Counted from the stretch's first letter, positions 10,092 to 20,917 are shown. The stretch: 64,000 nucleotides of DNA from Patescibacteria group bacterium (GCA_049322655.1 JBMORP010000006.1:576410-640409); one strand, 5' to 3'. The notes: generated by a model not told the origin, from the sequence alone. A program made the numbers and translations.

Positions 10092-10154
10092 AGACAGGTA
10101 GGTCTATTGTATGGATTTAACTAGATCTTGGAAAGGAGAAGTCTTAAAAACTGT

Positions 10155-10574
10155 TTAAACTTCAGAATAAGAATCCATTGCTTGATTAGCTAAGGCATCA
10201 GCCACAGTATTTTTATTTCTCAGAACATGAGTAATTTTAATCGGGTAGGGGAGAGTCGCTAACTTTGTCCAAGCTTCATTGACAAGCTTTTTTAATCTGT
10301 CTTCTTTAATTTTCCAGTTTTTGTTAATTTGTTCAACAACTAACTTAGAATCTAGAAAAAAATCAACTTTGCCAATTTGATTTTTAGCAGAAAAATCAAC
10401 TAACCATTCTAGAGCTGTTAAAAAAGCCAAATATTCAGCCTCATTGTTGGTTTTTTGTCCAAAAAAAACTGATTTTTCAAAGACTATTTCACCTTTGTTC
10501 TCAACAACCACTCCACCACCAGCTATTCCTGGATTACCTCTAGAACCACCATCTGTGTAAATTTTTAACTCCAT
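10155..10574 (-). CDS. rnhA: Ribonuclease HI
   Basis: YTDGGSRGNPG, TNNEAEY, DSKLVVEQ, N..ADALAN. Confidence 0.93.
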   Translation of the reverse strand: MELKIYTDGGSRGNPGIAGGGVVVENKGEIVFEKSVFFGQKTNNEAEYLAFLTALEWLVDFSAKNQIGKVDFFLDSKLVVEQINKNWKIKEDRLKKLVNEAWTKLATLPYPIKITHVLRNKNTVADALANQAMDSYSEV

Positions 10575-10602
10575 TATCTTTATTAACCTTTTTGACTAAG
10601 CT

Positions 10603-11070
10603 TTAGGCTTGTTTTTTACGAACCACTAACACTCTACCAAAAGTATCATCTTCAGAGAAAGTCTCAATATCAGCGAAGTCTTTATTATTACCGATTGCTG
10701 AGTGGACTAAAAATCTCTCATAGGAATTAAGATCATTAAAGACATACTCTCGACCTGATTCTCTAACTTTTTCAGCAACCGCTAAAGCTCTTTCTTGTAG
10801 TCTGGCTTCTCGTTCTTTTCGGTAACCATTAATATCAATAAGGAGGCGTTCTTCTTCAGTAATTTCATCTTGGTGGGCCAAACGAACTAACATTTCAATG
10901 GCTTCCAAAGTCTCACCTTTGGCTCCAATAAAGTGTTTCGCCTTTTCTTCTGGAAGAATGACGTTTAAATAAATTTTGTCATCTTCGCGAGTTTCTTCAA
11001 ACCCAATCTCTGCTTCTTCAATTCCATAAAAATCAAAAATACGAGTGATTCTGCTTTTAATTTTTTGCAT
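10603..11070 (-). CDS. jag: Jag/KhpB-like KH-R3H RNA-binding protein
   Basis: 'IGAKGETLEA' KH motif, 'ERFLVH' R3H motif; downstream of yidC. Confidence 0.85.
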   Translation of the reverse strand: MQKIKSRITRIFDFYGIEEAEIGFEETREDDKIYLNVILPEEKAKHFIGAKGETLEAIEMLVRLAHQDEITEEERLLIDINGYRKEREARLQERALAVAEKVRESGREYVFNDLNSYERFLVHSAIGNNKDFADIETFSEDDTFGRVLVVRKKQA

Positions 11071-11809
11071 ATTTTCCTATAAATCTTTGGTAATAAGTTT
11101 TTAACCCACCCCAGCCAGAAATAAAATATTGTTGACCAATGGTGAAAATATTACTTACTACCCAATAAAGAGCTAAGCCTGCTGGAAACTGGGCAGCAAC
11201 TACTCCCATAATAACCGGCATCACAAACAACATTTGTTGTTGCATGGTGGCAGCCATTTCAGCTGTATCTTCTTCCTTTGCGTTAGCTTCTTTTACTTTT
11301 TTACTACTACTCTTATTTGGCACGATATCTCTAATTTCAGCACCTGGTGCAATCATTAAAGATAAAATTAATTGGGTTAAACCAGCTAAAATTGGTAAAA
11401 TAAAGGTTGAGTCTGTTTGGGTAACGTTAAACCATAAAAAATTAAGATCCAGACTTTCTGGTAAACCACCATTTAAAAACTTAAGCATTGCTTGGTAAAG
11501 AATAATAATTACGACAAACTGTAAAATTTGGGGAATACAACCAGCAATTGGATTAGCATTGTATTTTTGGTAAAGTTCGAGTTGAGCTTTTTGGAGTTGT
11601 TGTTTGTTTTTGCCATATTTTTTACTCAACTTTTTTAGTTCTGGCTGAAGTTGTTGGAGTTGTTTTTGGGCTTTAAGTGAAGAATTTGCTAGAGGAAAAA
11701 CAGCAAACTTAGTCAATAAAGTAAAAACAATAATTGACCAGCCCAAACTACCAAAAGTTTCACTAAGAAAAATTAAAAAATTAACGCTTTGTTCAATTAA
11801 ATATCCCAT
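11057..11809 (-). CDS. yidC: Membrane protein insertase YidC (short form)
   Basis: 'GWSIIVFTLL', 'LQPELKKL', 'NPIAGCIP', 'PAGLALYW'. Confidence 0.95.
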   Translation of the reverse strand: MGYLIEQSVNFLIFLSETFGSLGWSIIVFTLLTKFAVFPLANSSLKAQKQLQQLQPELKKLSKKYGKNKQQLQKAQLELYQKYNANPIAGCIPQILQFVVIIILYQAMLKFLNGGLPESLDLNFLWFNVTQTDSTFILPILAGLTQLILSLMIAPGAEIRDIVPNKSSSKKVKEANAKEEDTAEMAATMQQQMLFVMPVIMGVVAAQFPAGLALYWVVSNIFTIGQQYFISGWGGLKTYYQRFIGKYAKN

Positions 11810-11818
11810 TTGTTCCTT

Positions 11819-12025
11819 TTACCAACAAGTTAATAGACGAATTAACCCTTTTATCGATCCAACGATTGTACCATGTCTTTCGATTTCTGCTTGAGTATAT
11901 CGGCTGCAGGTGGGGGTGTGTTTACACCGACTACTAAAACCAAAAACAGAGTAAAGAAGTTGGTGTTTAAAACTACCAATGCCTTGATAAAGACTAAAAA
12001 TTAAATATCTAAGTTTTTTTGCCAT
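11819..12025 (-). CDS. yidD: Membrane protein insertion efficiency factor
   Basis: 'CKHTPTCSRY...HG...G.IRLLTC'; synteny rnpA-yidD-yidC. Confidence 0.88.
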   Translation of the reverse strand: MAKKLRYLIFSLYQGIGSFKHQLLYSVFGFSSRCKHTPTCSRYTQAEIERHGTIVGSIKGLIRLLTCW

Positions 12026-12368
12026 GCTGTTGAATAAATGTAAAAAGACTTTTTAGATCTTTACTAAGCATAGTCTCATGGTTAATAAAATCTAAGTTAT
12101 GCCTTAACCGAATTACCAATCTTAAGTTGGTTGGTTTATAAATGACTAGTTCTTGAGGAAAATTATTAAAAATAAGTCTTTTTAACTTGTTTCTAGCTGA
12201 AGCTAAACTAACAATTTTTTTAGGAATAACAACGGCAAATTGATTTTTTTCACCACCCAAAAAATCAAAGTTAGCTATAATTAATTTTCCCTTCCAAAAA
12301 AAGCCATTAAGAAAAATACTTTTAGTCGATAATAACTTTAGATTTAAACGGTGTGTTTTGGCTAGCAT
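12009..12368 (-). CDS. rnpA: Ribonuclease P protein component
   Basis: 'FAVVIPKKI..ASARNKLKR' RNR motif; synteny with rpmH. Confidence 0.88.
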   Translation of the reverse strand: MLAKTHRLNLKLLSTKSIFLNGFFWKGKLIIANFDFLGGEKNQFAVVIPKKIVSLASARNKLKRLIFNNFPQELVIYKPTNLRLVIRLRHNLDFINHETMLSKDLKSLFTFIQQHGKKT

Positions 12369-12448
12369 AAAAAGATAAAGTAAAACTTACTATCAACCCA
12401 ATATTATTACTTTTTCAGTAGAGAAAATAAAGCGAAACGCAAAAAAAA

Positions 12449-12604
12449 TTAAACTTTTTTAATTACAGTTAATTTTTTGCGACCTTTTTGTCTTCTTCTT
12501 TTAAGAACTAACTTGCCAGCATGAGAAGCCATTCTTTTCAAAAAGCCGTGAGTTCTTAATCTTTTTTTCTTTTTAGGATTCCAAGTTCGTTTTGTCTTTG
12601 CCAT
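12449..12604 (-). CDS. rpmH: 50S ribosomal protein L34 (not in ORF track)
   Basis: Hand translation [51 protein letters not shown]. Confidence 0.96.
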   Translation of the reverse strand: MAKTKRTWNPKKKKRLRTHGFLKRMASHAGKLVLKRRRQKGRKKLTVIKKV

Positions 12605-12632
12605 AGGCGAGGATTATATCACAACTTAGCTT

Positions 12633-13736
12633 TTAATTGGTTCTAAAAGGCATCACGATATATAAAATATCTCGTTCTTCAGGAAAACTAAACGCTACTG
12701 GTTTCAAACTTTCATTGAGTTGAAAAATAATCTCACCTTCTTTTTGGGTATTTAAGAAATCTAATAAATACATTGCATTAAAAGCCACTTCTTGTTCTTC
12801 ACCAGTAAAGTCGATCTCGATCTCGCCAATATATTCTCCGGCAGCAGGAGAAACCGCTTTAACTATTAATTTATTTGGAGATAAAAATAATTTGACGATG
12901 TTTGAAGCGTCTTTCGAAAATAAATAAGCTCTTTTGACTTGAGTAGCTAACTCTGAAAGATCTAGTTTTATGGTATGAACAAACTCAGCTGGAATAATTT
13001 TTTCATAAGGTGGGTATTCTCCTTCAATTAATCTGACATAAATCTCAATCCCATCAACCACAAATAAGACTTGTTTAAGCTCTTCAGAGACTCTAAAAAC
13101 AACTTTGTCTGACTCTGTTTGGGCTATCATTCTAAATACTTCATTAAGGGCTTTTACAGGGATTAACAATTCTTTCTCAAAACCTAGTTTTTGACTGTGA
13201 GCTTTCATCGTTGCTAATCTATAACCATCTGTGGCAGCAATTTCTAAACCTTGTTCTTTAAAACTAAAAAGCAGTGAAGTTAAAACTGGTCTCGTTAAGT
13301 CTTGAGCTGCAGCAAAAGTAATATATTTATCAATTTTAGCCAATAAATTTTTATCCAAAGAAAAATCTTCACCAGTTACTTCAGGAAATTGAGGATATTC
13401 TTCTGCTGATTGATAGGGGAGAGAACTTTTGCTTTTTTCATAACTAATGACTAAAGATTTATCTTTTTGTTCAAAAATAATTTCTCCTGCTGAAAAAGAA
13501 AAAACCAGATTTTTAAAAATATCACCAGGTATAACACAACTACCTGATTGTTCTATCTGAGCTGGAATAACGTTTTTTATTCCCAGAAACAAATCTGTTG
13601 CTGCCAAAACCAATTGATTATTTTCTGCTTTTAAATAAATAGATGACAAAATTGGTAATTGAGGTTTGCTCGGAATTGCTTTTTGCAAATTGGTTAAAGC
13701 TGTTTTTAGATTTTCTTGTAAAACTCTAATTTTCAT
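12633..13736 (-). CDS. dnaN: DNA polymerase III beta sliding clamp
   Basis: 'PILS', 'ATDL', 'RPVLT', 'ATDGYRL', 'G.YPPY', 'YIVMP'. Confidence 0.97.
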   Translation of the reverse strand: MKIRVLQENLKTALTNLQKAIPSKPQLPILSSIYLKAENNQLVLAATDLFLGIKNVIPAQIEQSGSCVIPGDIFKNLVFSFSAGEIIFEQKDKSLVISYEKSKSSLPYQSAEEYPQFPEVTGEDFSLDKNLLAKIDKYITFAAAQDLTRPVLTSLLFSFKEQGLEIAATDGYRLATMKAHSQKLGFEKELLIPVKALNEVFRMIAQTESDKVVFRVSEELKQVLFVVDGIEIYVRLIEGEYPPYEKIIPAEFVHTIKLDLSELATQVKRAYLFSKDASNIVKLFLSPNKLIVKAVSPAAGEYIGEIEIDFTGEEQEVAFNAMYLLDFLNTQKEGEIIFQLNESLKPVAFSFPEERDILYIVMPFRTN

Positions 13737-14005
13737 AAAAGATCTTTTCTAACTATCTATATAAATATAATTGTTGTAGTAATAATAGAGGCTGTTGATA
13801 AGTGGAAAAAACCTCATAAATTACTCTAGTTAATTGATAAAAAACGATGTGTATTCATCAGTTTTACAATTCTGAAAAACTTTGTGTATTGTGCAGGAAA
13901 ACTCTGTGAAAATCGAGAGCTTTTTCACAAAATTAAAAAGTTATTCAAAGTTTTCCAACACCTTTCCACTTAGTTATCCCCAAAGTTTTCCACAATTGTT
14001 GAAAA
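13737..14005. other. Replication origin oriC (dnaA-dnaN intergenic)
   Basis: DnaA-box-like 9-mers (TGTTGATAA 13793, TTTTTCACA 13921, TTATCCCCA 13974, TTTTCCACA 13986). On the minus strand: box, GCCT, then DnaA-trio-like CTA/TTA repeats and an AT-rich stretch near 13745-13790. Confidence 0.85.
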
Positions 14006-15496
14006 CTATTGTTTAGAGACTGCTGTTAAAGACATTCTCAAAGCAGAAATATCTTGTTTTATCAATCCTTCTTCGTCTTTTTCCTTTTCTATTTTTTTAA
14101 TGGCATGTAACACACTTGTATGATCTCTACCAGAGAACCACTTACCAATTTCTTCCAAAGGCATATTTAACTCAGTCCTAAGTAAATACATGGCCAAATG
14201 TCTAGCGTTAACAATCTCTTTAGTTCTCCTTTTACCTTTTAAAGCACTTTGTTTAATGCGGTAATGGTTGGCTACAGTCTTAATTACGTCTTGAGGTTTT
14301 GCTCTAATAATCAATCTATTAGCAGGGGCTTCTGTTTTAAGTAAGCTTTGAATTAATTCTTCATTGATAGTTTTTTGTTTCAGTTCTACCTCTGAACGAA
14401 GTAGTTTAACAATACCTTCAATTCTTCTAGCTCCATCTACTTTGGAAGAAATTAATTGGGCTAACTCCATTGGTAAATCAAGATTATTTGCTTGGGCTTT
14501 AATTAATAAAATGGCCGTTCTTAACTCGAATGAAGGTTGTTGGATATCAATCATTAAACCAGCCTCAAATCTGGATCTTAATCTGGATTCAAGCAAATTA
14601 ATTTCGTGAGGAGGCCGATCTGAAGTGAGAATAATTTGAGAAGCTTGTTTGGTCAAAGCGTTAAAGGTATGAAAAAACTCTTCTTGGACGGCATTCTTTC
14701 CAGCAATAAACTGAACATCGTCAATCAATAAAACCTGAGTATTACGGTATTTTCTTTTAAAATCAAAGGCTTTTTTCTTTTGAATAGCGTTAACAATCTC
14801 GTTAGTGAATTCTTCACCAGTACAGTAGATGATGTTTGTTTCTGGATTTTGTTTGAGAATGTTATGACCAATAGCTTGCATTAAATGAGTTTTACCAACC
14901 CCAACCCCACCATAAAGAAAAAGAGGGTTATAAGCTACACCTGGGTTGTTGGAGACAGCAGTGGCCGCAGCATGAGCCATCTCATTAGTAGTCGAAACAG
15001 CAAAAGTTTTGAAAGTGTAATCTTCTCTGAGTCCGACTCTTCTAGCTGCAACTTTTGCTCGATCTTGAAAACTAGCTTGAAGAGTATGAGCTGAGAACAG
15101 CTCGTCAACGGTTGGGGAGCCAGTCTCTCTGGAATATGATAAAAGATTAGTTTTTGTTGAAGTTTTTTTGTCTGAACTTATTGTTTGTTCATTACTTCTA
15201 GCAAGCTCTATTGGGTTGCCGACAATAAATTCAAGTTCGACAGCTTTATTTAATTCTTTTTCCAAAGTTTCTTTGATTTGAACATAAAGATTTTTTTTTA
15301 AGTTAGTGGCATGAAAAGCGGTCGGACAAGTAATTGTCGCTAAGGCTTGATTTTGTTGATCAACCTCTACCTTGGTTAATGGATTAGAAACAATCCAAGT
15401 ATTAAACACGGCTGGTGTTAATTGGGTTTTAAGACTTTCTTGGCTGGCTTTCCAGACTTTAATCACTTCACTTGAATCAAGTGCTTTAGTAAACAT
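14006..15496 (-). CDS. dnaA: Chromosomal replication initiator
   Basis: YNPLFLYGGVGVGKTHL, LLIDDVQF, QEEFFHTFN, RDHTSV. Confidence 0.98.
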   Translation of the reverse strand: MFTKALDSSEVIKVWKASQESLKTQLTPAVFNTWIVSNPLTKVEVDQQNQALATITCPTAFHATNLKKNLYVQIKETLEKELNKAVELEFIVGNPIELARSNEQTISSDKKTSTKTNLLSYSRETGSPTVDELFSAHTLQASFQDRAKVAARRVGLREDYTFKTFAVSTTNEMAHAAATAVSNNPGVAYNPLFLYGGVGVGKTHLMQAIGHNILKQNPETNIIYCTGEEFTNEIVNAIQKKKAFDFKRKYRNTQVLLIDDVQFIAGKNAVQEEFFHTFNALTKQASQIILTSDRPPHEINLLESRLRSRFEAGLMIDIQQPSFELRTAILLIKAQANNLDLPMELAQLISSKVDGARRIEGIVKLLRSEVELKQKTINEELIQSLLKTEAPANRLIIRAKPQDVIKTVANHYRIKQSALKGKRRTKEIVNARHLAMYLLRTELNMPLEEIGKWFSGRDHTSVLHAIKKIEKEKDEEGLIKQDISALRMSLTAVSKQ

Positions 15497-15561
15497 TTTC
15501 TCCTTAATAGGACAGGTTTTGACAATAAAATCTAAGAGGGCAGTTCCGATTTGATTGCTTA

Positions 15562-15592
15562 GTTATACACCTAGTTTTCCACAATTTGTCAA
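15562..15592 (-). promoter_or_regulatory. Probable dnaA promoter with embedded DnaA box
   Basis: TTGACA (15592-15587) and TATAAC (15567-15562) on minus with a long 19-nt spacer; TTTTCCACA at 15575-15583 lies between them. Confidence 0.45.
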
Positions 15593-15611
15593 GTGGAATT
15601 TTAATTAAAAA

Positions 15612-17681
15612 CTAATTTTTTGGGGGAGAATAGTCATCAATAGTGTAATATCCAGCGTAAGATTGTTTGTTTGCTGCGACTTGTTGCTGAGAAGTTGTCT
15701 GAGTTGAAGGAAGGATTTGTTCTTCAACAGAACTCTCTTCAGCCTCTGTTTCTGAATTAATAGAAACTTGGTTTTCTAGTGGTGATTGTTGTTTATTAGG
15801 AATACCAAATGAAAACTTTGGTTTTTCCTTTGGTTGTTTTTGGGCTTCAAGTTGAGCTATTTTTAATTTTTTTTCTTCTTCTTTTCTCTTTAAGACTTCT
15901 TCTGGATTGGTAGTGATGACTTCATGTTCCTCATCGCTGGCTACCACTCTGAGGGCTACATGGTTTTGCCCAGCAAAAAAGATGCCCTCACCAACATCTG
16001 AAGATACTAATAACTGTCTTTCTCCTTCAGAAAGATAGAAAGTCTCTGCTAAAACTGGGATTGAAGCGGTAGATTGTTTCATTAAAAACTGAATCGAAGC
16101 ATTACTCACAATTGCTTTACCATAATCATTATGAATAAAATCTTCAACGTCTTGAGTGATAGTTGTAATTCCTAAATAATATTTTCTAGCCCGCTTAACC
16201 ATGGAGTGAATAAATGAAGCACTATCTTTATGCTTCATAAAGTACCAAGCTTCATCAATTACCAGGATTCTTCTTTTAAGATCTTTTTTAACTCTTGTCC
16301 AAATAAAATCAAGAATAATGAACATGGCAATTGGTCTAAGCTCTTCTTCCATTTCCTTAACAGAAAAAACAGTAAATGGATTAGTAATATCTAGGTTGGA
16401 TGGTTTATCAAAAATACCTCGAAAAGAACCAGTAATAAATTTTTCTAGTCTAGCCGCAATATCATTTGCTTCATCGTTTTCCATACCAATTAGAGCTTTA
16501 TAAAGATCTTCCATTAACGGTGGTTCATTGGTTTGAGTGACTGGGTCTGGAGTAATTCCTTTGGCCTTATAAGCCGAGATTAACGCCCTATCTAATAAAG
16601 CCTCTTGTTGAGAAGTCATGTTTCCCAGCATTACTTTTAGTAGGCCGTGAAGGGTAAGAATCTTTTGGCCAAGTTCATTTTCACCTTCTTCATACATGGC
16701 TGATAAATCAAATGGATTGATTTTAGTTTTTGAACCAAAAGTAAAGTTAATATATTCTCCGCCTACTTTTTTAGCCAACTCTTCATATTCATGTTCTGGA
16801 TCAAGAACAATTACTTCAGCATCAAACATTAATTGACGAATAACTTCTAATTTAACCGTGTAAGATTTACCAGCACCTGATTTAGCAAAAATCACCATAT
16901 TGGCATTTTCCATTTTAAATCTGTCAAAAATAACTAAAGAATCATTGTGCTCATTAATGCCATAGAGGATACCTGTTTCCATGGTAAGCTCTGAAGAAGT
17001 AAAAGGAAAAGTTGTCGCCAATGAAGTTGTATCCATATTGCGGGTAACCATTAACTTGTCTCTTCCCATTGGCAAGGTTGTTTTGAAGCCCTCATCCATT
17101 TGTAAAGTAGCCTTTTTAGAGACAATTAGTAATGAACCCAACATTGATTGAATGTTTTTGGTTACTTTATTTAAGCTGTCCAAACTGGGGGAAGTAAGGG
17201 TTACATAAAGCCCAAATTGAAAAAATCTTTCAGCGCCAGCTGCTAGTTGTTCTCTAATGGTTCTGGCATCGCCCAACTTAATTTCAGTATTAATATTACT
17301 AATTTTTCCTGACCTAATATCTGATTGGATTTCAGCCTCCATTTCAGTAATTTTTCTTTTCAAGTTATCTAAGACCTCAGCAGAGTCAACAGGATAAATA
17401 AACATCGAGATATTGGCTTGATTTGGATAATTAATCAAAGGAGATAACCAGTTGGCTGGAACTGTTCTTGGATAGCCAGCCACAAATAATGTTCTGGTGT
17501 AAGTCGAGTTGATTTGTTGATAAGTAAAATCAACTTCAATTGCTTCTGGCGCAATGATATCTTGAATTGTTACCAAACCTTGAGAAAACTCTTTGATTTT
17601 CTCCATTTGTTTTTGTTCAGGAGTTATTTCTGGCTGATTATCTGTTTTTTTTGGGTTTAAAAATGGTAACTGAAAGGGCAT
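15612..17681 (-). CDS. VirB4/TraC-like T4SS ATPase
   Basis: Walker A 'AKSGAGKS', 'VLDPEHEY', 'INPFD', Walker B 'LVIDEAW', 'RARKY..G...ITQ'. Confidence 0.88.
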   Translation of the reverse strand: MPFQLPFLNPKKTDNQPEITPEQKQMEKIKEFSQGLVTIQDIIAPEAIEVDFTYQQINSTYTRTLFVAGYPRTVPANWLSPLINYPNQANISMFIYPVDSAEVLDNLKRKITEMEAEIQSDIRSGKISNINTEIKLGDARTIREQLAAGAERFFQFGLYVTLTSPSLDSLNKVTKNIQSMLGSLLIVSKKATLQMDEGFKTTLPMGRDKLMVTRNMDTTSLATTFPFTSSELTMETGILYGINEHNDSLVIFDRFKMENANMVIFAKSGAGKSYTVKLEVIRQLMFDAEVIVLDPEHEYEELAKKVGGEYINFTFGSKTKINPFDLSAMYEEGENELGQKILTLHGLLKVMLGNMTSQQEALLDRALISAYKAKGITPDPVTQTNEPPLMEDLYKALIGMENDEANDIAARLEKFITGSFRGIFDKPSNLDITNPFTVFSVKEMEEELRPIAMFIILDFIWTRVKKDLKRRILVIDEAWYFMKHKDSASFIHSMVKRARKYYLGITTITQDVEDFIHNDYGKAIVSNASIQFLMKQSTASIPVLAETFYLSEGERQLLVSSDVGEGIFFAGQNHVALRVVASDEEHEVITTNPEEVLKRKEEEKKLKIAQLEAQKQPKEKPKFSFGIPNKQQSPLENQVSINSETEAEESSVEEQILPSTQTTSQQQVAANKQSYAGYYTIDDYSPPKN

Positions 17682-17715
17682 TGGTTTTTATTTTAACACT
17701 CCATAACTATTTCTA

Positions 17716-18801
17716 TTAAAGCTCAGCGACCGGAGGCATGGTTTTCTCTACCTTTGGTTGTTGCGCTATTTTTAATTCTGGAACAATTGGCTGTGTTTTT
17801 TCAACTCCTGGTTGAGCTGGCTGAGGCTTAGTTATTGGAACAGAAGATGGGACTTCAGCTTGAAAAACAGTTTGTTGTGTTGGCAGTTGTGGTTTAGGTA
17901 ATTCTTTTTCTGGAATTGGTTGTTGAGCTGAAGTTTGTTCAATGTTCACATTGTTGGCTGGAGGAGTATTCTGTGGCATATCAGGAATTTCTTTTGGAAC
18001 AACAGCAGATTCAGTTATTTCGGCAATTCCAGCTGGAGGAATATCAGTCAAAGAATTAACTTGTTCTTGTGAAGAATTATTATCTGTTGTGAGCGCTTTG
18101 AGAGAATCGGCGTCTGGAATTGTTTTGGCCTGCACAACCATGGTGGTGTAGTCTTTACTATCAGTAATTTGTTGGCCCTCATAAGCTTCAGGATTATAGC
18201 TATTATAGAAAATCTCAATAATTTCTTGGGTATCTAATTGTCTAGCATAAAGCCCAATTCTATTAAATTGGGCAATTAAATGATCTCTTCTTGGTTCTAA
18301 AACACCCAAGCCTTTTTCGATAACGGCAGCCTTTTGTTCTCTAGTTAAAACAGGCTCATTTTTACCGGGAAGAACGGTTTGTGGAGTAATCATACCAACT
18401 TCAGCGGGTGCTGCTGGCACTACCACATAAAATTTCTTATCTAAAACATTTCTTTCTTTAATTAGTTGACCGACAAATTGTTGATAGCGACCAATTAAGT
18501 CTTTTTTTTCTAAAGTAGAAGCTTTGGCTGCTTGTTCATCTAATAACCTCAAATAGGCAGTCGCATCTTTTGTTTTTGAACTAATAATAATTTGAATCGG
18601 AAAATTTAATGAATTGAGTAAAGCAGCATAAGCATAAATAATGGCATCTTGTTCTTGCTCGGCTAGCAAACCAAAGTTCATTGCACTGATTACCATCACC
18701 AAAGATATTGTGCCATCTTTTAAAACGACAACATTATTAGTGATATCAAAAATATCAAGGAACTTTTGGGTTGTAGAAGAAATTTCACCAGCATCAGACA
18801 T
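17716..18801 (-). CDS. T4SS-associated protein (TraC/PrgI-cluster type) with Pro/Gln-rich tail
   Basis: 'NFGLLAEQEQDAII..Y..LLNSL.FPIQI'; lies between the PrgI-like gene and VirB4. Confidence 0.65.
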   Translation of the reverse strand: MSDAGEISSTTQKFLDIFDITNNVVVLKDGTISLVMVISAMNFGLLAEQEQDAIIYAYAALLNSLNFPIQIIISSKTKDATAYLRLLDEQAAKASTLEKKDLIGRYQQFVGQLIKERNVLDKKFYVVVPAAPAEVGMITPQTVLPGKNEPVLTREQKAAVIEKGLGVLEPRRDHLIAQFNRIGLYARQLDTQEIIEIFYNSYNPEAYEGQQITDSKDYTTMVVQAKTIPDADSLKALTTDNNSSQEQVNSLTDIPPAGIAEITESAVVPKEIPDMPQNTPPANNVNIEQTSAQQPIPEKELPKPQLPTQQTVFQAEVPSSVPITKPQPAQPGVEKTQPIVPELKIAQQPKVEKTMPPVAEL

Positions 18802-18852
18802 ACTTGTTTACTATGGTACTAGAAATCAAGGCTAAATCGCAATGAGAAAACT

Positions 18853-19896
18853 CTAACTTGAACGAATTTCTAGCGGGGGAACCAGATTTCCACTTAAAGC
18901 AATAGTTTGTTCAGGAAAAGTCAAGCCAACTTTTTTTACTCCCACAACATAAGTGCCGTTGGGTAGTGCAGTACTTAAAGAAAATTGACCCAACAAGTTT
19001 GTTTTTAAGGCATTAATTACTTGTCCTTGGTTATTTTTTATTTCCACTACAGCCTGATCAACCAGTTTGTTATCTGGAGTTAAGACCATGCCAACTAAAG
19101 CATTGGGTTTATTGGGTTGTTTGGGAAAAGGAAGAGTGTTGTTAGTGACGACTTCTTTGGTTGGCAGTGAAAAAGATTGTGTTGGCAAATCAAACTTCGT
19201 TGATTCAACAGCAGGGGTATCTAGCTGTGGAGCTTGACTTAATGATTCATTTTGCGCAATGATTTCTTGCTTTTGGTTTTTTTGTTGTTGCTGAAAAATC
19301 ACGTTTTCTGAGCTAGCTACAGGAATAGTTTTTTGTTTGGCAAGATTTCTTGGTTTAGTAGTTAGTTTCGGTTTTATTTTTTGTGGTTTAGCGATCACTT
19401 CGTCGACTTTGACATCATTGTATTGAGCCAAAATATTAGCCATTCTTTGTTGGTCATCATCGTCTAATTGGTTTTTTTCAGTGTTAGAGCTAACAGAGTT
19501 TAAGTATTCTCTAATTCTCTGTCTTCTAGCTGGGGTTAAGTCAATTTCAAATTCTTCCTCTTCTTTGGTTTTTTCTCTTTTAATATGTGTAAAGGCAAAC
19601 GGAACTTCAGTCTCTTTTTTCCAATAAAACTTAGTAGGACTATACAATCTTCTAAAAAAAGTAGTGATCCAATGATCTAGGGGTCTTTCTTCAATGGGTA
19701 CAAAAGCCACCATTGCCCCAAAGCCTGCCGATAAAATAATTAATGGCCACTTAATAAAAGCAATTAAATTGGTATTGTAAATAATTACGCCAATTACTAC
19801 CCCAACAGCAATCTCTGCAAATTGTTTCAGGGTCATGTTTCCAACAATGTGGAATTTGTAACCAACGACGTCCTGTGGAATTGGATGTTCTCGCAT
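18853..19896 (-). CDS. PrgI-family membrane protein with C-terminal beta-sandwich domain
   Basis: 'HPIPQDV..YKFHIVGNMTLKQF', two TMs, 'ERPLDHW'; C-terminal 'T...GQF....LPNGTY' carboxypeptidase-regulatory-like fold. Confidence 0.8.
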   Translation of the reverse strand: MREHPIPQDVVGYKFHIVGNMTLKQFAEIAVGVVIGVIIYNTNLIAFIKWPLIILSAGFGAMVAFVPIEERPLDHWITTFFRRLYSPTKFYWKKETEVPFAFTHIKREKTKEEEEFEIDLTPARRQRIREYLNSVSSNTEKNQLDDDDQQRMANILAQYNDVKVDEVIAKPQKIKPKLTTKPRNLAKQKTIPVASSENVIFQQQQKNQKQEIIAQNESLSQAPQLDTPAVESTKFDLPTQSFSLPTKEVVTNNTLPFPKQPNKPNALVGMVLTPDNKLVDQAVVEIKNNQGQVINALKTNLLGQFSLSTALPNGTYVVGVKKVGLTFPEQTIALSGNLVPPLEIRSS

Positions 19897-19936
19897 GCGA
19901 CTCTATCTTAGCGTGTCTATAAAATCGTTGCTAGGG

Positions 19937-20917
19937 TTACTCTGCTACTTTGACAGCTGGAGCAATTATTTCTGCCTGGATTTTTTGATTATCTTGGTTA
20001 ATTATTTCTCCTGAAAAATGATAAAAAGGATAAGCTAAATTGTTTTTTAAATCGGCTCGGTATTCCAATTGAACAGCGGTTAGATCTCCAGCCACAATCT
20101 CTTCTAAACTGAACACGCCGGTATTTGGCTCATAGGCAGAAATAATAGAGGCATATTGTTTGTTATTAATGTTTTCCAAAACTTCTCCCAAAGAAAGGAT
20201 TTTAAATTGTTGTTCAGTAGGCAGCGGGTAGAAAAAATTAGGTTGAAAAACTATTTTTTGAACTTGATATTCACTATTAACCAGAATCGTTAAAGGAAAT
20301 TTTTCTCTATGTTCTATTAACAGCGGAACACCATCAACACTATAAGTAAAAGGAATCTCCAAAGCAGCAATCTGCCCAGTTTTGACTTCTTCCATTTCTT
20401 GTAAACCAGAAAACTTTTTAATTTTATCTAACTGAATAGTAAATGGGATTTGATCAAAAACTTCGTTAACATAGTTTTGAGCAACAGTGATGGCCCTATC
20501 TCTGCTTGTCAAGACAACATCTTTGGGTAAATAGTTAGAGTAAAAAAGGTATTCATCATCTTGATTATTATAAGAAAGAGTATAATTTTCTCCTTTCCAC
20601 AAACCATCAATATTCTCAACTGGTTTTAAGTTATGAGTTTCAATAAATCGTTTTTTTAGATATTCAACATTAGTGTTGCTGGGTTGAATCTTTACTAGAG
20701 GAAGATTGTTTTTGAGTGTGGGCAAATCGCCAGAAAACTTAATATTATTGAAGTGAGATTTATTACCATCGCTATTGACTTTGATAAATTCATTTTCTGG
20801 GATGACAACATTTTTTGGTGTAATAAACCTAAAAACCACAGTTATAAAGATTCCGACACAACTCACAATGAACAACATGACATACCATTTTTTATTTTCA
20901 AATAAGTTTTTATTCAT
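19937..20917 (-). CDS. Hypothetical single-pass membrane protein
   Basis: N-terminal TM and beta-rich external domain; overlaps the upstream gene's stop. Confidence 0.7.
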   Translation of the reverse strand: MNKNLFENKKWYVMLFIVSCVGIFITVVFRFITPKNVVIPENEFIKVNSDGNKSHFNNIKFSGDLPTLKNNLPLVKIQPSNTNVEYLKKRFIETHNLKPVENIDGLWKGENYTLSYNNQDDEYLFYSNYLPKDVVLTSRDRAITVAQNYVNEVFDQIPFTIQLDKIKKFSGLQEMEEVKTGQIAALEIPFTYSVDGVPLLIEHREKFPLTILVNSEYQVQKIVFQPNFFYPLPTEQQFKILSLGEVLENINNKQYASIISAYEPNTGVFSLEEIVAGDLTAVQLEYRADLKNNLAYPFYHFSGEIINQDNQKIQAEIIAPAVKVAE